Assembly (NCBI GenBank): GCA_964016885.1
Contig: OZ024748.1
Coordinates: forward strand, 35,278,001-35,342,000
Direction of reading: 5' to 3'
DNA from: Eledone cirrhosa
Taxonomy: Eukaryota
Length of the DNA stretch: 64,000 bases
Within the stretch, counting starts at the first letter, position 1. Every line of letters begins with the position of its first letter. A model generated the notes under the pieces. The model was not told the origin of the DNA. It saw only the letters and a list, made by a program, of their open reading frames with translations, and made no database searches. A program made the translations under genes and the position numbers. Of this stretch, positions 28,801-42,900 are shown piece after piece.

Positions 28801-31800
28801 AGGGTGTGGTAAACCGTACACCCTAGTCTAGGTTATAGATCTAAGATGTGGTAGGGAGTGGCAGACTCTACACCCCAGTCTAGGTGGTATATCTCAGCTG
28901 TGGTAGGGAGTGGTAGACTCTACTCCCCAGTCTAGGTGGTATATCTCAGCTCTGGTAGGGAATGACAGACTCTACACCCCAGTCTAGGGGGTATAACTCA
29001 ATTGTGGGAGGGAGTGATAGACTCTATACGCAGTCTAGGTGGTTATCTCCGCTGTGGTAGGGAGTGACAGATTCTACACCCCTGTCTCGGTGGTATATCT
29101 CAGCTGTGGTACGGAGTGATAGACTCTACACCCAGTCTAGATGGTATATCTCAGCTGTGGTAGGGTGTGGTAGACTCTACAACCTAGTCTAGGTGGTAGA
29201 TCTCAGATGTGGTAGGGAGTGATAGACTCTACACCCAGTCTAGATGCTATATCTTACATGTGGTAGGGAGTGAAAAACTCTACACCCCAGTCTAGGTGGT
29301 ATACCTCACTGTGGTAGGGAGTGACAGACTCTAAACCCCAGTTTATGTGGTATATCTCAGCTGTGGTAGAGTGTGATAGACCCTACACCCTAGTCTAGGT
29401 GGTAGATCTCAGATGTGGTAGGGAGTGACAGACTCTACACCCCAGTCTAGATGGTATATCTCAGCTGTGGTAGGGAGTGGTAGACTCTACTCCCCAGTCT
29501 AGGTGGTATATCTCAGCTCTGGTAGGGAGTGACAGACTCTAAACCCCAGTCTAGGTGGTATATCTCCGCTGTGGTAGGGAATGACAGACTCTACAACCCA
29601 GTCTAGGGGATATAACTCAATTGTGGGAGGGAGTGATAGACTCTATACGCAGTCTAGGTGGTATATCTCCGCTGTGGTAGGGAGTGACAGATTTTACACC
29701 CCAGTCTCGGTGGTATATCTCAGCTGTGGTACGGAGTGATAGACTCTACACCCAGTCTAGATGGTATATCTCAGCTGTGGTAGGGTGTGGTAGACTCTAC
29801 ACCCTAGTCTAGGTGGTATATCTCAGCTGTGGTAGTGAGTGACAGACTCTACACCCCAGTCTAGGTGGTATATCTCAGCTGTGGCAGGGAGTGATAGACT
29901 CTACACCCAGTCTAGATGGTATATCTCAGCTGTGGTAGGGTGTGGTAGACTCTACACCCTAGTCTAGGTGGTATATCTCAGCTGTGGTAGTGAGTGACAG
30001 ACTCTACACCCCAGTCTAGGTGGTATATCTCAGCTCTGGTAGGGAGTGACAGACTTTACACCCCAGTCTATGTGGTATATTACAGCTGTGGTAGGGAGTG
30101 GTAGACTGTACACCCCAGTCTAGGTGATATATCTTACATGTGGTAGGGTGTGACAAGCTCTACACCCCTGTCTAGGTGGTATATCTCAGCTGTGTTAGGG
30201 AGTGGTATACTCTACACCCCAGTCTAGGTGTTATACCTCAGCTGTTATAGGGAGTGACAGACACTACTTCCCAGTCTAGGTGGTATATCTAAACTGGGAG
30301 TGGCAGACTCTACACCCCATTCTAGGTGGTATATCTCCTCTGTGGTAGGGAATGATAGACTCTACATCCCATTCTAGGTGTTATATCTCAGCTGTGGTAG
30401 GGAGTGACAGACCCTACACCACAGTCTAGGTGGTATATCTCAGCTGTGGTAGTGAGTGACAGACTCTACACCCCAGTCTAGATGGTATATCTCAGCTATG
30501 GTTGGTTGTTGTAGACTCTACAACCTAGTCTAGATGGTAGATCTCAGATGTGGTAGGGAGTGATAGACTCTACACCCAGTCTAGATGGTATATCTTACAT
30601 GTGGTAGGGAGTGAAAAACTCTACACCCCAGTCTAGGTGGTATACCTCACTGTGGTAGGGAGTGACAGACTCTAAACCCCAGTCTAGGTGGTATATCTCA
30701 GCTGTGGTAGAGTGTGATAGACCCTACACCCTAGTCTAGGTGGTAGATCTCAGATGTGGTAGGGAGTAACAGACTCTACACCCCAGTCTAGATGGTATAT
30801 CTCAGCTGTGGTAGGGAGTGGTAGACTCTACTCCCCAGTCTAGGTGGTATATCTCCGCTGTGGTAGGGAATGACAGATTCTACACCCCAGTCTAGGTGGT
30901 ATATCTCAGATGTGGTAGGGAGTGATAGACTCTACACCCAGTCTAGATGGTATATCTCAGCTGGAAGTGGCAGACTCTACACCCCAGTCTAGGTGGTATA
31001 CCTCAGCTGTGGTAGGGAGTGACAGACTCTAAACCCCAGTCTAGGTGGTATATATCAGCTGTGGTAGGGAGTGGTAGACTCTACACCCCAGTCTAGGTGT
31101 TATACCTCAGCTGTGGTAGGGAGTGACAGACACTACTTCCCAGTCTAGGTGGTATATCTCAGCTGGAAGTGGCAGACTCTACACCCCAGTCTAGGTGGTA
31201 TACCTTAGCTGTGGTAGGGAGTGACAGACTCTAAACCCCAGTCTAGGTGGTATATATCAGCTGTAATAGGGTGTGATAGACTCTACACCCCAGTCTAGGT
31301 GGTATATATCAGCTGAGTTAGGGTGTGGTAGAGTCTACCCCCTAGTCTATGTTTTAGATCTCAGATGTGTTAGGGAGTGATAGACTCTACACCCCAGTCT
31401 AGGTAGTATAACTTAGTTGTGGGAGGGAGTGACAGACTCTACACCCCAGTCTAGGTGGTATATCTTACATGTGGTAGGTAGTGACAGACTCTACACCCCA
31501 GTCTAGGTGGTATATCTCCACTGTGGTAGATAGTGACAGACTCTACACCCTAGTCTAGGTGGTATATCACAGCTGTGGTAGGTAGTGACAGACTCTACAC
31601 CCCAGTCTAGGTGGTATATCACAGCTGTGGTAGGTAGTGACAGACTTTACACCCCAGTCTAGGTGGTATATCTCAGCTGTGGTAGGGAGTGACAGAGTCT
31701 ACACCCCAGTCTAGGTGGTATATCTTACACGTGGTAGGGTGTGACAAACTCTAAACCCCAGTCCAGGTGGTATATCTCAGCTGTGGTAGTGAGTGACAGA

Positions 31801-34800
31801 CTCTACACCCCAGTCTAGGTGGTATATCTCAAGTGTGGTAGGGAGTGACAGACTTTACACCCCAGTCTATGTGGTATATCTCAGATGTGGTAGGGAGTGG
31901 TAGACTCTACACCCCAGTCTAGGTGGTATACCTCAGCTGTGTTAGGGAGTGACATACACTACTTCCCAGTCTAGGTGGTATATCTCAGCTGGAAGTGGCA
32001 GACTCCAGACCCCAGTCTAGGTGTTATATCTCAGCTGCGGTAGGGAGTGACAGACTCTACACCCCAGTCTAGGTGGTATATCTTAGCTGTGGTAGGCTGT
32101 GATAGACTCTACACCCAGTCTAGATGGTATATCTCAGCTGTGGTAGGATGTCGTAGACTCTACACCCTAGTCTAGGTGGTAGATCACAGATGTGGTAAGG
32201 AGAGACAAACTCTACACCCCAGTCTAGGTGGTATATCTTACATGTGGTAGTGAGTGACATACTCTACACGCCAGTCTAGGTGGTAGATCTCAGATGTCGT
32301 AGGGAGTGACAAACTCTACACCCCAGTCTAGGTGGTATATCATACATGTGGTAGGGGTGACAAACTCTACACCCCAGTCTAGGTGGTATATCTTACATGT
32401 GGTAGGGAGTGACAGACTCTACACCCTAGTCTAGGTGGTAGATCTCAGATGTGGTAGGGAGTGACAAACTCTACACCCCAGTCTAGGTGGTATATCTTAC
32501 ATGTGGTAGGTGTGACAAAATCTACACCCCAGTCTAGGTGGTATATCTCAGCTGTGGTAGGGAGTGACAGACTCTACACCCCAGTCTAGGTGGTATATCT
32601 CAGCTGTGGTAGCGAGTGGTAAACTTTACACCCCAGTCTAGGTGGTATATCTCAGCTCTGGTAGGGGGTGACAAACTCTACCTCGCAGTCTAGGTGATAT
32701 ATCTCACCTTTGGTAGGGAGTGACAGACTTTCCACCCTAGTGTGTGTGGTATATCACAGCTGGGGTAGGGAGTTGTAGACTCTACACCCCAGTCTAGGTG
32801 GTAAATTTTACATGTGGTAGGGTATGACAACCTCTACACCCCTGTCTAGGTGGTATATCTCAGCTGTGGTAGGGAATGGTAGACTCTACACCCCAGTCTA
32901 GGTGGTATATCTCAACTGTGGTAGGGAGTGATAGACTCTACACCCAGTCTAGATGGTATATCTCAGCTGTGGTAGGGAGTGATAGACTCTACATCCCAGT
33001 CTAGGTTGTATATCTCAACTGTGGTAGGGTGTGGTAGATTCTACACCCTAGTTTAGGTGGTATTTCTCAGATGTGTTAGGGAGTGACAGACTCTACACCC
33101 CAGTCTAGGTTGTATAACTCAGTTATGGGAGGGAGTGATAGACGCCATACGCAGTCTAGGTGGTATATCTCAGCTGTGGTAGGGTGTGGTAGACTCTACA
33201 CCCTAGTCTAGGTGGTAGATCTAAGATTTGGTAGGGAGTGACTGACTCTAAACCCCAGTCTCGGTGGTATATCTCAACTGTGATAGGGAGTGCTAGACTC
33301 TACACCCAGTCTAGATGTTATATCTCAGGTGTGGTAGGGTGTGGTAGACTCTACACCCTAGTCTAGGTGGTAGATCTAACATGTGGTAGGGAGTGACAGA
33401 CTCTACACCCCAGTCTAGGTGGTATATGTTACATGTGGTAGGGAATGACAGACTCTACACCCCAGTCTAGGTGGTATATCTTACATGTGGTAGGGCGTGA
33501 CAAACTCTACACCCCAGTCTAGGTGGTATATCTAAACCGTGGGAGGGTGTGACAACCTCTACACCCCTGTCTAGGTGGTATATCTCAGCTGTGGTAGGGA
33601 GTGGTAGATTCTACACCCCAGTCTAGGTGTTATACCTCAGCTGTGGTAGGGAGTGACAGACACTACTTCCCAGTCTAGGTGGTATATCTCATCTGGCAGT
33701 GGCAAACTCTACACCCCAGTCTAGGTGGTATATCTCAGCTGTGGTAGGGAGTGATAGACTCTACACCCCTGTCTAGGTGATATATCTCAGCTGTGGTAGG
33801 GTGTGGTAGACCCTACACCCTAGTCTAGGTGGTAGATCTAAGATTTGGTAGGGAGTGACAGACTCTACACTCAAGTCTAGGTGGTATATCTCAGCTGTGG
33901 TAGGGAGTTGTAGACTCTACTCCCCAGTTTAGGTGGTATATCTCCGCTGTGGTAGGGAGTGACAACTCTACACCACAGTCTCAGTGGTATATCTCAGCTC
34001 TGGTAGGGAGTGACAGACTCTACACCATGTCTAGATGGTATATCTCAGCTGTGGTAGGGTGTGGTAGATTCTACACCCTAGTCTAGGTGGTAGATCTCAG
34101 ATGTGGTGGGGAGTGACAGACTCTACACCCCAGTCTAGGTGGTATATCTTACATGTGGTAGGGAGTGACAGACTCTACACCCCAGTCTAGGTGGTATATC
34201 TCAGCTGTGGTAGGGAGTGATAGACTCTACACCCTAGTTTAGGTGATATATCTCAGCTGTGGTAGGGTGTGGTAGAGTCTACACCATAGTGTAGGTGGTA
34301 GATCTGAGATGTGTTAGGGAGTGACAGACTCTACACCCCAGTCTAGGTGGTATAGCTCAACTGTGACAGACTCTACACCCCCAGGCTAGGTGGTATGCCA
34401 CAGCTGTGTTAGGGAGTGACATACACTACACCCCAGTCTAGGTGGTATAGCTCAGCTGTGGTAGGCTGTGATAGACTCTACACCCAGTCTAGATGGTATA
34501 TCTCAGCTGTGGTAGGGTGTGGTAGACTCTACACCCTAGTCTAGGTGGTAGATCTCAGATGTGGTAGGGAGAGACAAACTCTCCACCCCAGTCTAGGTGG
34601 TATATCTTACATGTGGTAGGGTGTGACAAACTCTACACCCCATTCTAGGTGGTATATCTCAGCTGTGGTAGGGAGTGACAGACTTTACACCACAGTCTAT
34701 GTGGTATATCACAGCTGTGGAAGGGAGTGGTAGACTCAACACCCCAGTCTAGGTGGTATATTTAAGCTGTGGTAGGGAGTGATAGACTCTACACTCCAGT

Positions 34801-37800
34801 CTAGGTGGTATATCTCAGCTGTGTGAGGGAGTGACAGACTTTACACCCCAGTCTATGTGGTATATCACAGCTGTGGAAGGGAATGCTATACTCTACACCC
34901 CATTCTAGGTGGTATATCTCAGCTGTGGTAGGGAGTGGTAGACTCTACTCCCCAGTCTAGGTGGTAGATCTCAGATGTGGTAGGGAATGACAGACTCTAC
35001 ACCCCAGTCTAGGGGGTATAACTCAGTTGTGGGAGGGAGTGATAGACTCTATACGCAGTCTAGGTGGTATATCTCCGCTGTGGTAGGGAGTGACAGATTC
35101 TACACCCCAGTCTCGGTGGTATATCTCAGCTGTGGTACGGAGTGATAGACTCTACACCCAGTCTAGATGGTATATCTCAGCTGTGGTAGGGTGTGGTAGA
35201 CTCTACACCCTAGTCTCGGTGGTAGATCTCAGATTTGGTAGGGAGTGACAGACTCTACACCCCAGTCTAGGTGGTATATCTTACATGTGGTAGGGAGTGA
35301 CAGACTCTACACCCCAATCTAGGTGGTATATCTTACATGTGGTAGGGTGTGACAAACTCTACACCCCAGTCTAGGTGGTATATCTTACATGTGGTAGGGT
35401 GTGACAACCTCTACACCCCAGTCTAGGTGGTATATCTCAGCTGTGGTAGTGAGTGACAGACTCTACACCCCAGTCTAGGTGGTATATCTCAGCTGTGGTA
35501 GGGAGTGATAGACTCTACACTCAGTCTAGATAGTATATCTCAGCTGTGGTAGGGTGTGGTAGACTCTACACCCTAGTCTAGGTGGTATATCTCAGCTCTG
35601 GTAAGGAGTGACAGACTCTACACCCAAGTTTAGGTGGTATATCTTACATCTGATAGGGAGTGACAAACTCTAAACCACAGTCTAGGTGGTATATCCCAGC
35701 TGTAGGAGGGTGTCAAAAACTCTCCAGCCCAGTCTATGTGGTATATCACAGCTGTGGTAGGGAGTGGTAGACTCTACACCCCAGTCTAGGTGTTATACCT
35801 CAGCTGTGATAGGGAGTGACAGACACTACTTCCCAGTCTAGGTGGTATATCTAAACTGGGAGTGGCAGACTCTACACCCCAGTCTAGATGGTATATCTCA
35901 GCTGTGGTTGGTTGTGGTAGACTCTACACCCTAGTCTAGGTGGTAGATCTCAGATGTGGTAGGGAGTGACAGACTCTACACCCCAGTCTAGGTGGTATAT
36001 CTTACATGTGGTAGGGTGTGACAAATTCTACACCCCATTCTAGGTGGTATATCTCAGCCGTGGTAGGGAGTGACAGACTTTACACTCCAGTCTAGGTGGT
36101 ATATCTCAGCTGTGGTAGGGAGTGACAGACTTTACACCCCAGTCTATGTGGTATATCACAGCTGGGGTAGGGAGTGGTAGACTCTACACCCCAGTCTAGG
36201 TAGTGTATTTTACATGCGGTAGGGTGTGACAACCTCTACACCCCTATCTAGGTGGTATATCTCAGCTGTGGTAGGGAGTGGTAGACTATACACCCCAGTC
36301 TAGGTGTTATACCTCAGCTGTGGTAGGGAGTGACAGACTATACACCCCAGTCTAGGTGGTATATCTCAGCTAGAAGTGGCAAACTCTACACCCCAGTCTA
36401 GGTGGTATATCTCAGCTGTGGTAGAGTGTGGTAGACTCTACACCCTAGTCTAGGTGGTAGATCTCAGATGTGGTAGGGAGTGACAGACTCTACACCCCAG
36501 TCTAGGTGGTATATCTCAGCTGTGGTAGGGAGTGACAAACTCTACACCCAAGTCTGGGTGGTATATCTCAGCTGTGGTAGGGAGTGACAGACTTTACACC
36601 ACAGTCTATGTGGTATATCACAGCTGTGGAAGGGAGTGGTAGACTCTACACCCCATCCTAGGTGGTATATTTAAGCTGGGGTAGTGAGTGACAGACTTTA
36701 CACCCCAGTCTAGGTGGTATATTCTACATGTGGTAGGGTGTGACAACTTCTACACCCCTGTCTAGGTGGTATATATCAGCTGTGGTAGGGAGTGACAGAC
36801 ACTACTTCCCAGTCTAGGTGTTATATCTCAGCTGGAAGTGGCAGACTCTACACCCCAGTCTAGGTGGTATACCTCAGCTGTGGTAGGGAGTGACAGACTC
36901 TAAACACCAGTCTAGGTGGTATATATCAGCTGTGGTAGGGAGTGGTAGACTCTACACCCCAGTCTAGGTGTTATACCTCAGTTGTGGTAGGGAGTGACAG
37001 ATACTACTTCCCAGTCTAGGTGGTATATCTCAGCTGGAAGTGGCAGACTCTACACCACAGTCTAGATGGTATACCTCAGCTGTGGTAGGGAGTGACAGAC
37101 TCTAAACCCCAGTCTAGGTGGTATATCTCAGCTGTGGTAGGGTGTGATAGACTCTACACCCCAGTCTAGGTGGTATATCTCAGCTGAGGTAGGGTCTACC
37201 CCCTAGTCTATGTTTTAGATCTCAGATGTGTTAGGGAGTGATAGACTCTACACCCCAGTCTAGGTCGTATAACTCAGTTGTGGGAGGGAGTGATAGACTC
37301 TATACGCAGTCTAGGTGGTATATCTCAGCTGTGGTAGGGTGTGGTAAACCGTACACCCTAGTCTAGGTTATAGATCTAAGATGTGGTAGGGAGTGGCAGA
37401 CTCTACACCCCAGTCTAGGTGGTATATCTCAGCTGTGGTAGGGAGTGGTAGACTCTACTCCCCAGTCTAGGTGGTATATCTCAGCTCTGGTAGGGAATGA
37501 CAGACTCTACACCCCAGTCTAGGGGGTATAACTCAATTGTGGGAGGGAGTGATAGACTCTATACGCAGTCTAGGTGGTTATCTCCGCTGTGGTAGGGAGT
37601 GACAGATTCTACACCCCTGTCTCGGTGGTATATCTCAGCTGTGGTACGGAGTGATAGACTCTACACCCAGTCTAGATGGTATATCTCAGCTGTGGTAGGG
37701 TGTGGTAGACTCTACAACCTAGTCTAGGTGGTAGATCTCAGATGTGGTAGGGAGTGATAGACTCTACACCCAGTCTAGATGCTATATCTTACATGTGGTA

Positions 37801-39967
37801 GGGAGTGAAAAACTCTACACCCCTGTCTAGGTGGTATACCTCACTGTGGTAGGGAGTGACAGACTCTAAACCCCAGTTTATGTGGTATATCTCAGCTGTG
37901 GTAGAGTGTGATAGACCCTACACCCTAGTCTAGGTGGTAGATCTCAGATGTGGTAGGGAGTGACAGACTCTACACCCCAGTCTAGATGGTATATCTCAGC
38001 TGTGGTAGGGAGTGGTAGACTCTACTCCCCAGTCTAGGTGGTATATCTCAGCTCTGGTAGGGAGTGACAGACTCTAAACCCCAGTCTAGGTGGTATATCT
38101 CCGCTGTGGTAGGGAATGACAGACTCTACAACCCAGTCTAGGGGATATAACTCAATTGTGGGAGGGAGTGATAGACTCTATACGCAGTCTAGGTGGTATA
38201 TCTCCGCTGTGGTAGGGAGTGACAGATTTTACACCCCAGTCTCGGTGGTATATCTCAGCTGTGGTACGGAGTGATAGACTCTACACCCAGTCTAGATGGT
38301 ATATCTCAGCTGTGGTAGGGTGTGGTAGACTCTACACCCTAGTCTAGGTGGTATATCTCAGCTGTGGTAGTGAGTGACAGACTCTACACCCCAGTCTAGG
38401 TGGTATATCTCAGCTGTGGCAGGGAGTGATAGACTCTACACCCAGTCTAGATGGTATATCTCAGCTGTGGTAGGGTGTGGTAGACTCTACACCCTAGTCT
38501 AGGTGGTATATCTCAGCTGTGGTAGTGAGTGACAGACTCTACACCCCAGTCTAGGTGGTATATCTCAGCTCTGGTAGGGAGTGACAGACTTTACACCCCA
38601 GTCTATGTGGTATATTACAGCTGTGGTAGGGAGTGGTAGACTGTACACCCCAGTCTAGGTGATATATCTTACATGTGGTAGGGTGTGACAAGCTCTACAC
38701 CCCTGTCTAGGTGGTATATCTCAGCTGTGTTAGGGAGTGGTATACTCTACACCCCAGTCTAGGTGTTATACCTCAGCTGTTATAGGGAGTGACAGACACT
38801 ACTTCCCAGTCTAGGTGGTATATCTAAACTGGGAGTGGCAGACTCTACACCCCATTCTAGGTGGTATATCTCCTCTGTGGTAGGGAATGATAGACTCTAC
38901 ATCCCATTCTAGGTGTTATATCTCAGCTGTGGTAGGGAGTGACAGACCCTACACCACAGTCTAGGTGGTATATCTCAGCTGTGGTAGTGAGTGACAGACT
39001 CTACACCCCAGTCTAGATGGTATATCTCAGCTATGGTTGGTTGTTGTAGACTCTACAACCTAGTCTAGATGGTAGATCTCAGATGTGGTAGGGAGTGATA
39101 GACTCTACACCCAGTCTAGATGGTATATCTTACATGTGGTAGGGAGTGAAAAACTCTACACCCCAGTCTAGGTGGTATACCTCACTGTGGTAGGGAGTGA
39201 CAGACTCTAAACCCCAGTCTAGGTGGTATATCTCAGCTGTGGTAGAGTGTGATAGACCCTACACCCTAGTCTAGGTGGTAGATCTCAGATGTGGTAGGGA
39301 GTAACAGACTCTACACCCCAGTCTAGATGGTATATCTCAGCTGTGGTAGGGAGTGGTAGACTCTACTCCCCAGTCTAGGTGGTATATCTCCGCTGTGGTA
39401 GGGAATGACAGATTCTACACCCCAGTCTAGGTGGTATATCTCAGATGTGGTAGGGAGTGATAGACTCTACACCCAGTCTAGATGGTATATCTCAGCTGGA
39501 AGTGGCAGACTCTACACCCCAGTCTAGGTGGTATACCTCAGCTGTGGTAGGGAGTGACAGACTCTAAACCCCAGTCTAGGTGGTATATATCAGCTGTGGT
39601 AGGGAGTGGTAGACTCTACACCCCAGTCTAGGTGTTATACCTCAGCTGTGGTAGGGAGTGACAGACACTACTTCCCAGTCTAGGTGGTATATCTCAGCTG
39701 GAAGTGGCAGACTCTACACCCCAGTCTAGGTGGTATACCTTAGCTGTGGTAGGGAGTGACAGACTCTAAACCCCAGTCTAGGTGGTATATATCAGCTGTA
39801 ATAGGGTGTGATAGACTCTACACCCCAGTCTAGGTGGTATATATCAGCTGAGTTAGGGTGTGGTAGAGTCTACCCCCTAGTCTATGTTTTAGATCTCAGA
39901 TGTGTTAGGGAGTGATAGACTCTACACCCCAGTCTAGGTAGTATAACTTAGTTGTGGGAGGGAGTGA
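22890..39967. repeat. 8,535-bp near-identical tandem duplication within the satellite
   Basis: Diagnostic variants recur at exactly +8535: GTAGATAGTG 22991/31526, GACGCCATAC 24606/33141, AAAACTCTCC 27181/35716, GAGGTAGGGTCTACC 28651/37186, GTATAACTTAG 31406/39941. Confidence 0.93.
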
Positions 39968-42900
39968 TAGACTCTATACGCAGTCTATGTGGTATATCTC
40001 AGCTGTGGTAGGGTGTGGTAAACCGTACACACTAGTCTAGGTTGTAGATCTAAGATGTGGTAGGGAGTGGCAGACTCTACACCCCAGTCTAGGTGGTATA
40101 TCTCAGCTGTGGTAGGGAGTGGTAGACTCTACTCCCCAGTCTAGGTGGTATATCTCAGCTGTGGTAGGGTGTGGTAGACTCTACACCCTAGTCTAGGGGG
40201 TATAACTCAGTTGTGGGAGGGAGTGATAGACTCTATACGCAGTCTAGGTGGTATATCTCCGCTGTGGTAGGCTGTGATAGACTCTACACCCAGTCTAGAT
40301 GGTATATCTCAGCTGTGGTAGGGTGTGGTAGACTCTACACCCTAGTCTAGGTGGTAGATCTCAGATGTGGTAGGGAGAGACAAACTCTCCACCCCAGTCT
40401 AGGTGGTATATCTTACATGTGGTAGGGTGTGACAAACTCTACACCCCATTCTAGGTGGTATATCTCAGCTGTGGTAGGGAGTGACAGACTTTACACCACA
40501 GTCTATGTGGTATATCACAGCTGTGGAAGGGAGTGGTAGACTCAACACCCCAGTCTAGGTGGTATATTTAAGCTGTGGTAGGGAGTGATAGACTCTACAC
40601 TCCAGTCTAGGTGGTATATCTCAGCTGTGTGAGGGAGTGACAGACTTTACACCCCAGTCTATGTGGTATATCACAGCTGTGGAAGGGAGTGCTATACTCT
40701 ACACCCCATTCTAGGTGGTATATCTCAGCTGTGGTAGGGAGTGGTAGACTCTACTCCCCAGACTAGGTGGTAGATCTCAGATGTGGTAGGGAATGACAGA
40801 CTCTACACCCCAGTCTAGGGGGTATAACTCAGTTGTGGGAGGGAGTGATAGACTCTATACGCAGTCTAGGTGGTATATCTCCGCTGTGGTAGGGAGTGAC
40901 AGATTCTACACCCTAGTCTCGGTGGTATATCTCAGCTGTGGTACGGAGTGATAGACTCTACACCCAGTCTAGATGGTATATCTCAGCTGTGGTAGGGTGT
41001 GGTAGACTCTACACCCTAGTCTCGGTGGTAGATCTCAGATTTGGTAGGGAGTGACAGACTCTACACCCCAGTCTAGGTGGTATATCTTACATGTGGTAGG
41101 GAGTGACAGACTCTACACCCCAATCTAGGTGGTATATCTTACATGTGGTAGGGTGTGACAAACTCTACACACCAGTCTAGGTGGTATATCTTACATGTGG
41201 TAGGGTGTGACAACCTCTACACCCCAGTCTAGGTGGTATATCTCAGCTGTGGTAGTGAGTGACAGACTCTACACCCCAGTCTAGGTGGTATATCTCAGCT
41301 GTGGTAGGGAGTGATAGACTCTACACTCAGTCTAGATAGTATATCTCAGCTGTGGTAGGGTGTGGTAGACTCTACACCCTAGTCTAGGTGGTATATCTCA
41401 GCTCTGGTAAGGAGTGACAGACTCTACACCCAAGTTTAGGTGGTATATCTTACATCTGATAGGGAGTGACAAACTCTAAACCACAGTCTAGGTGGTATAT
41501 CCGAGCTGTAGGAGGGTGTCAAAAACTCTCCAGCCCAGTCTATGTGGTATATCACAGCTGTGGTAGGGAGTGGTAGACTCTACACCCCAGTCTAGGTGTT
41601 ATACCTCAGCTGTGATAGGGAGTGACAGACACTACTTCCCAGTCTAGGTGGTATATCTAAACTGGGAGTGGCAGACTCTACACCCCAGTCTAGATGGTAT
41701 ATCTCAGCTGTGGTTGGTTGTGGTAGACTCTACACCCTAGTCTAGGTGGTAGATCTTAGATGTGGTAGGGAGTGACAGACTCTACACCCCAGTCTAGGTG
41801 GTATATCTTACATGTGGTAGGGTGTGACAAATTCTACACCCCATTCTAGGTGGTATATCTCAGCCGTGGTAGGGAGTGACAGACTTTACACTCCAGTCTA
41901 GGTGGTATATCTCAGCTGTGGTAGGGAGTGACAGACTTTACACCCCAGTCTATGTGGTATATCACAGCTGGGGTAGGGAGTGGTAGACTCTACACCCCAG
42001 TCTAGGTAGTGTATTTTACATGCGGTAGGGTGTGACAACCTCTACACCCCTATCTAGGTGGTATATCTCAGCTGTGGTAGGGAGTGGTAGACTATACACC
42101 CCAGTCTAGGTGTTATACCTCAGCTGTGGTAGGGAGTGACAGACTATACACCCCAGTCTAGGTGGTATATCTCAGCTAGAAGTGGCAAACTCTACACCCC
42201 AGTCTAGGTGGTATATCTCAGCTGTGGTAGAGTGTGGTAGACTCTACACCCTAGTCTAGGTGGTAGATCTCAGATGTGGTAGGGAGTGACAGACTCTACA
42301 CCCCAGTCTAGGTGGTATATCTCAGCTGTGGTAGGGAGTGACAAACTCTACACCCAAGTCTGGGTGGTATATCTCAGCTGTGGTAGGGAGTGACAGACTT
42401 TACACCACAGTCTATGTGGTATATCACAGCTGTGGAAGGGAGTGGTAGACTCTACACCCAATCCTAGGTGGTATATTTAAGCTGGGGTAGTGAGTGATAG
42501 ACTCTACACTCCAGTCTAGGTGGTATATCTCAGCTGTGGGAGGGAGTGACAGACTTTACACCCCAGTCTAGGTGGTATATTCTACATGTGGTAGGGTGTG
42601 ACAACTTCTACACCCCTGTCTAGGTGGTATATATCAGCTGTGGTAGGGAGTGACAGATACTACTTCCCAGTCTAGGTGGTATATCTCAGCTGGAAGTGGC
42701 AGACTCTACACCACAGTCTAGATGGTATACCTCAGCTGTGGTAGGGAGTGACAGACTCTAAACCCCAGTCTAGGTGGTATATCTCAGCTGTGGTAGGGTG
42801 TGATAGACTCTACACCCCAGTCTAGGTGGTATATCTCAGCTGAGGTAGGGTCTACCCCCTAGTCTATGTTTTAGATCTCAGATGTGTTAGGGAGTGATAG

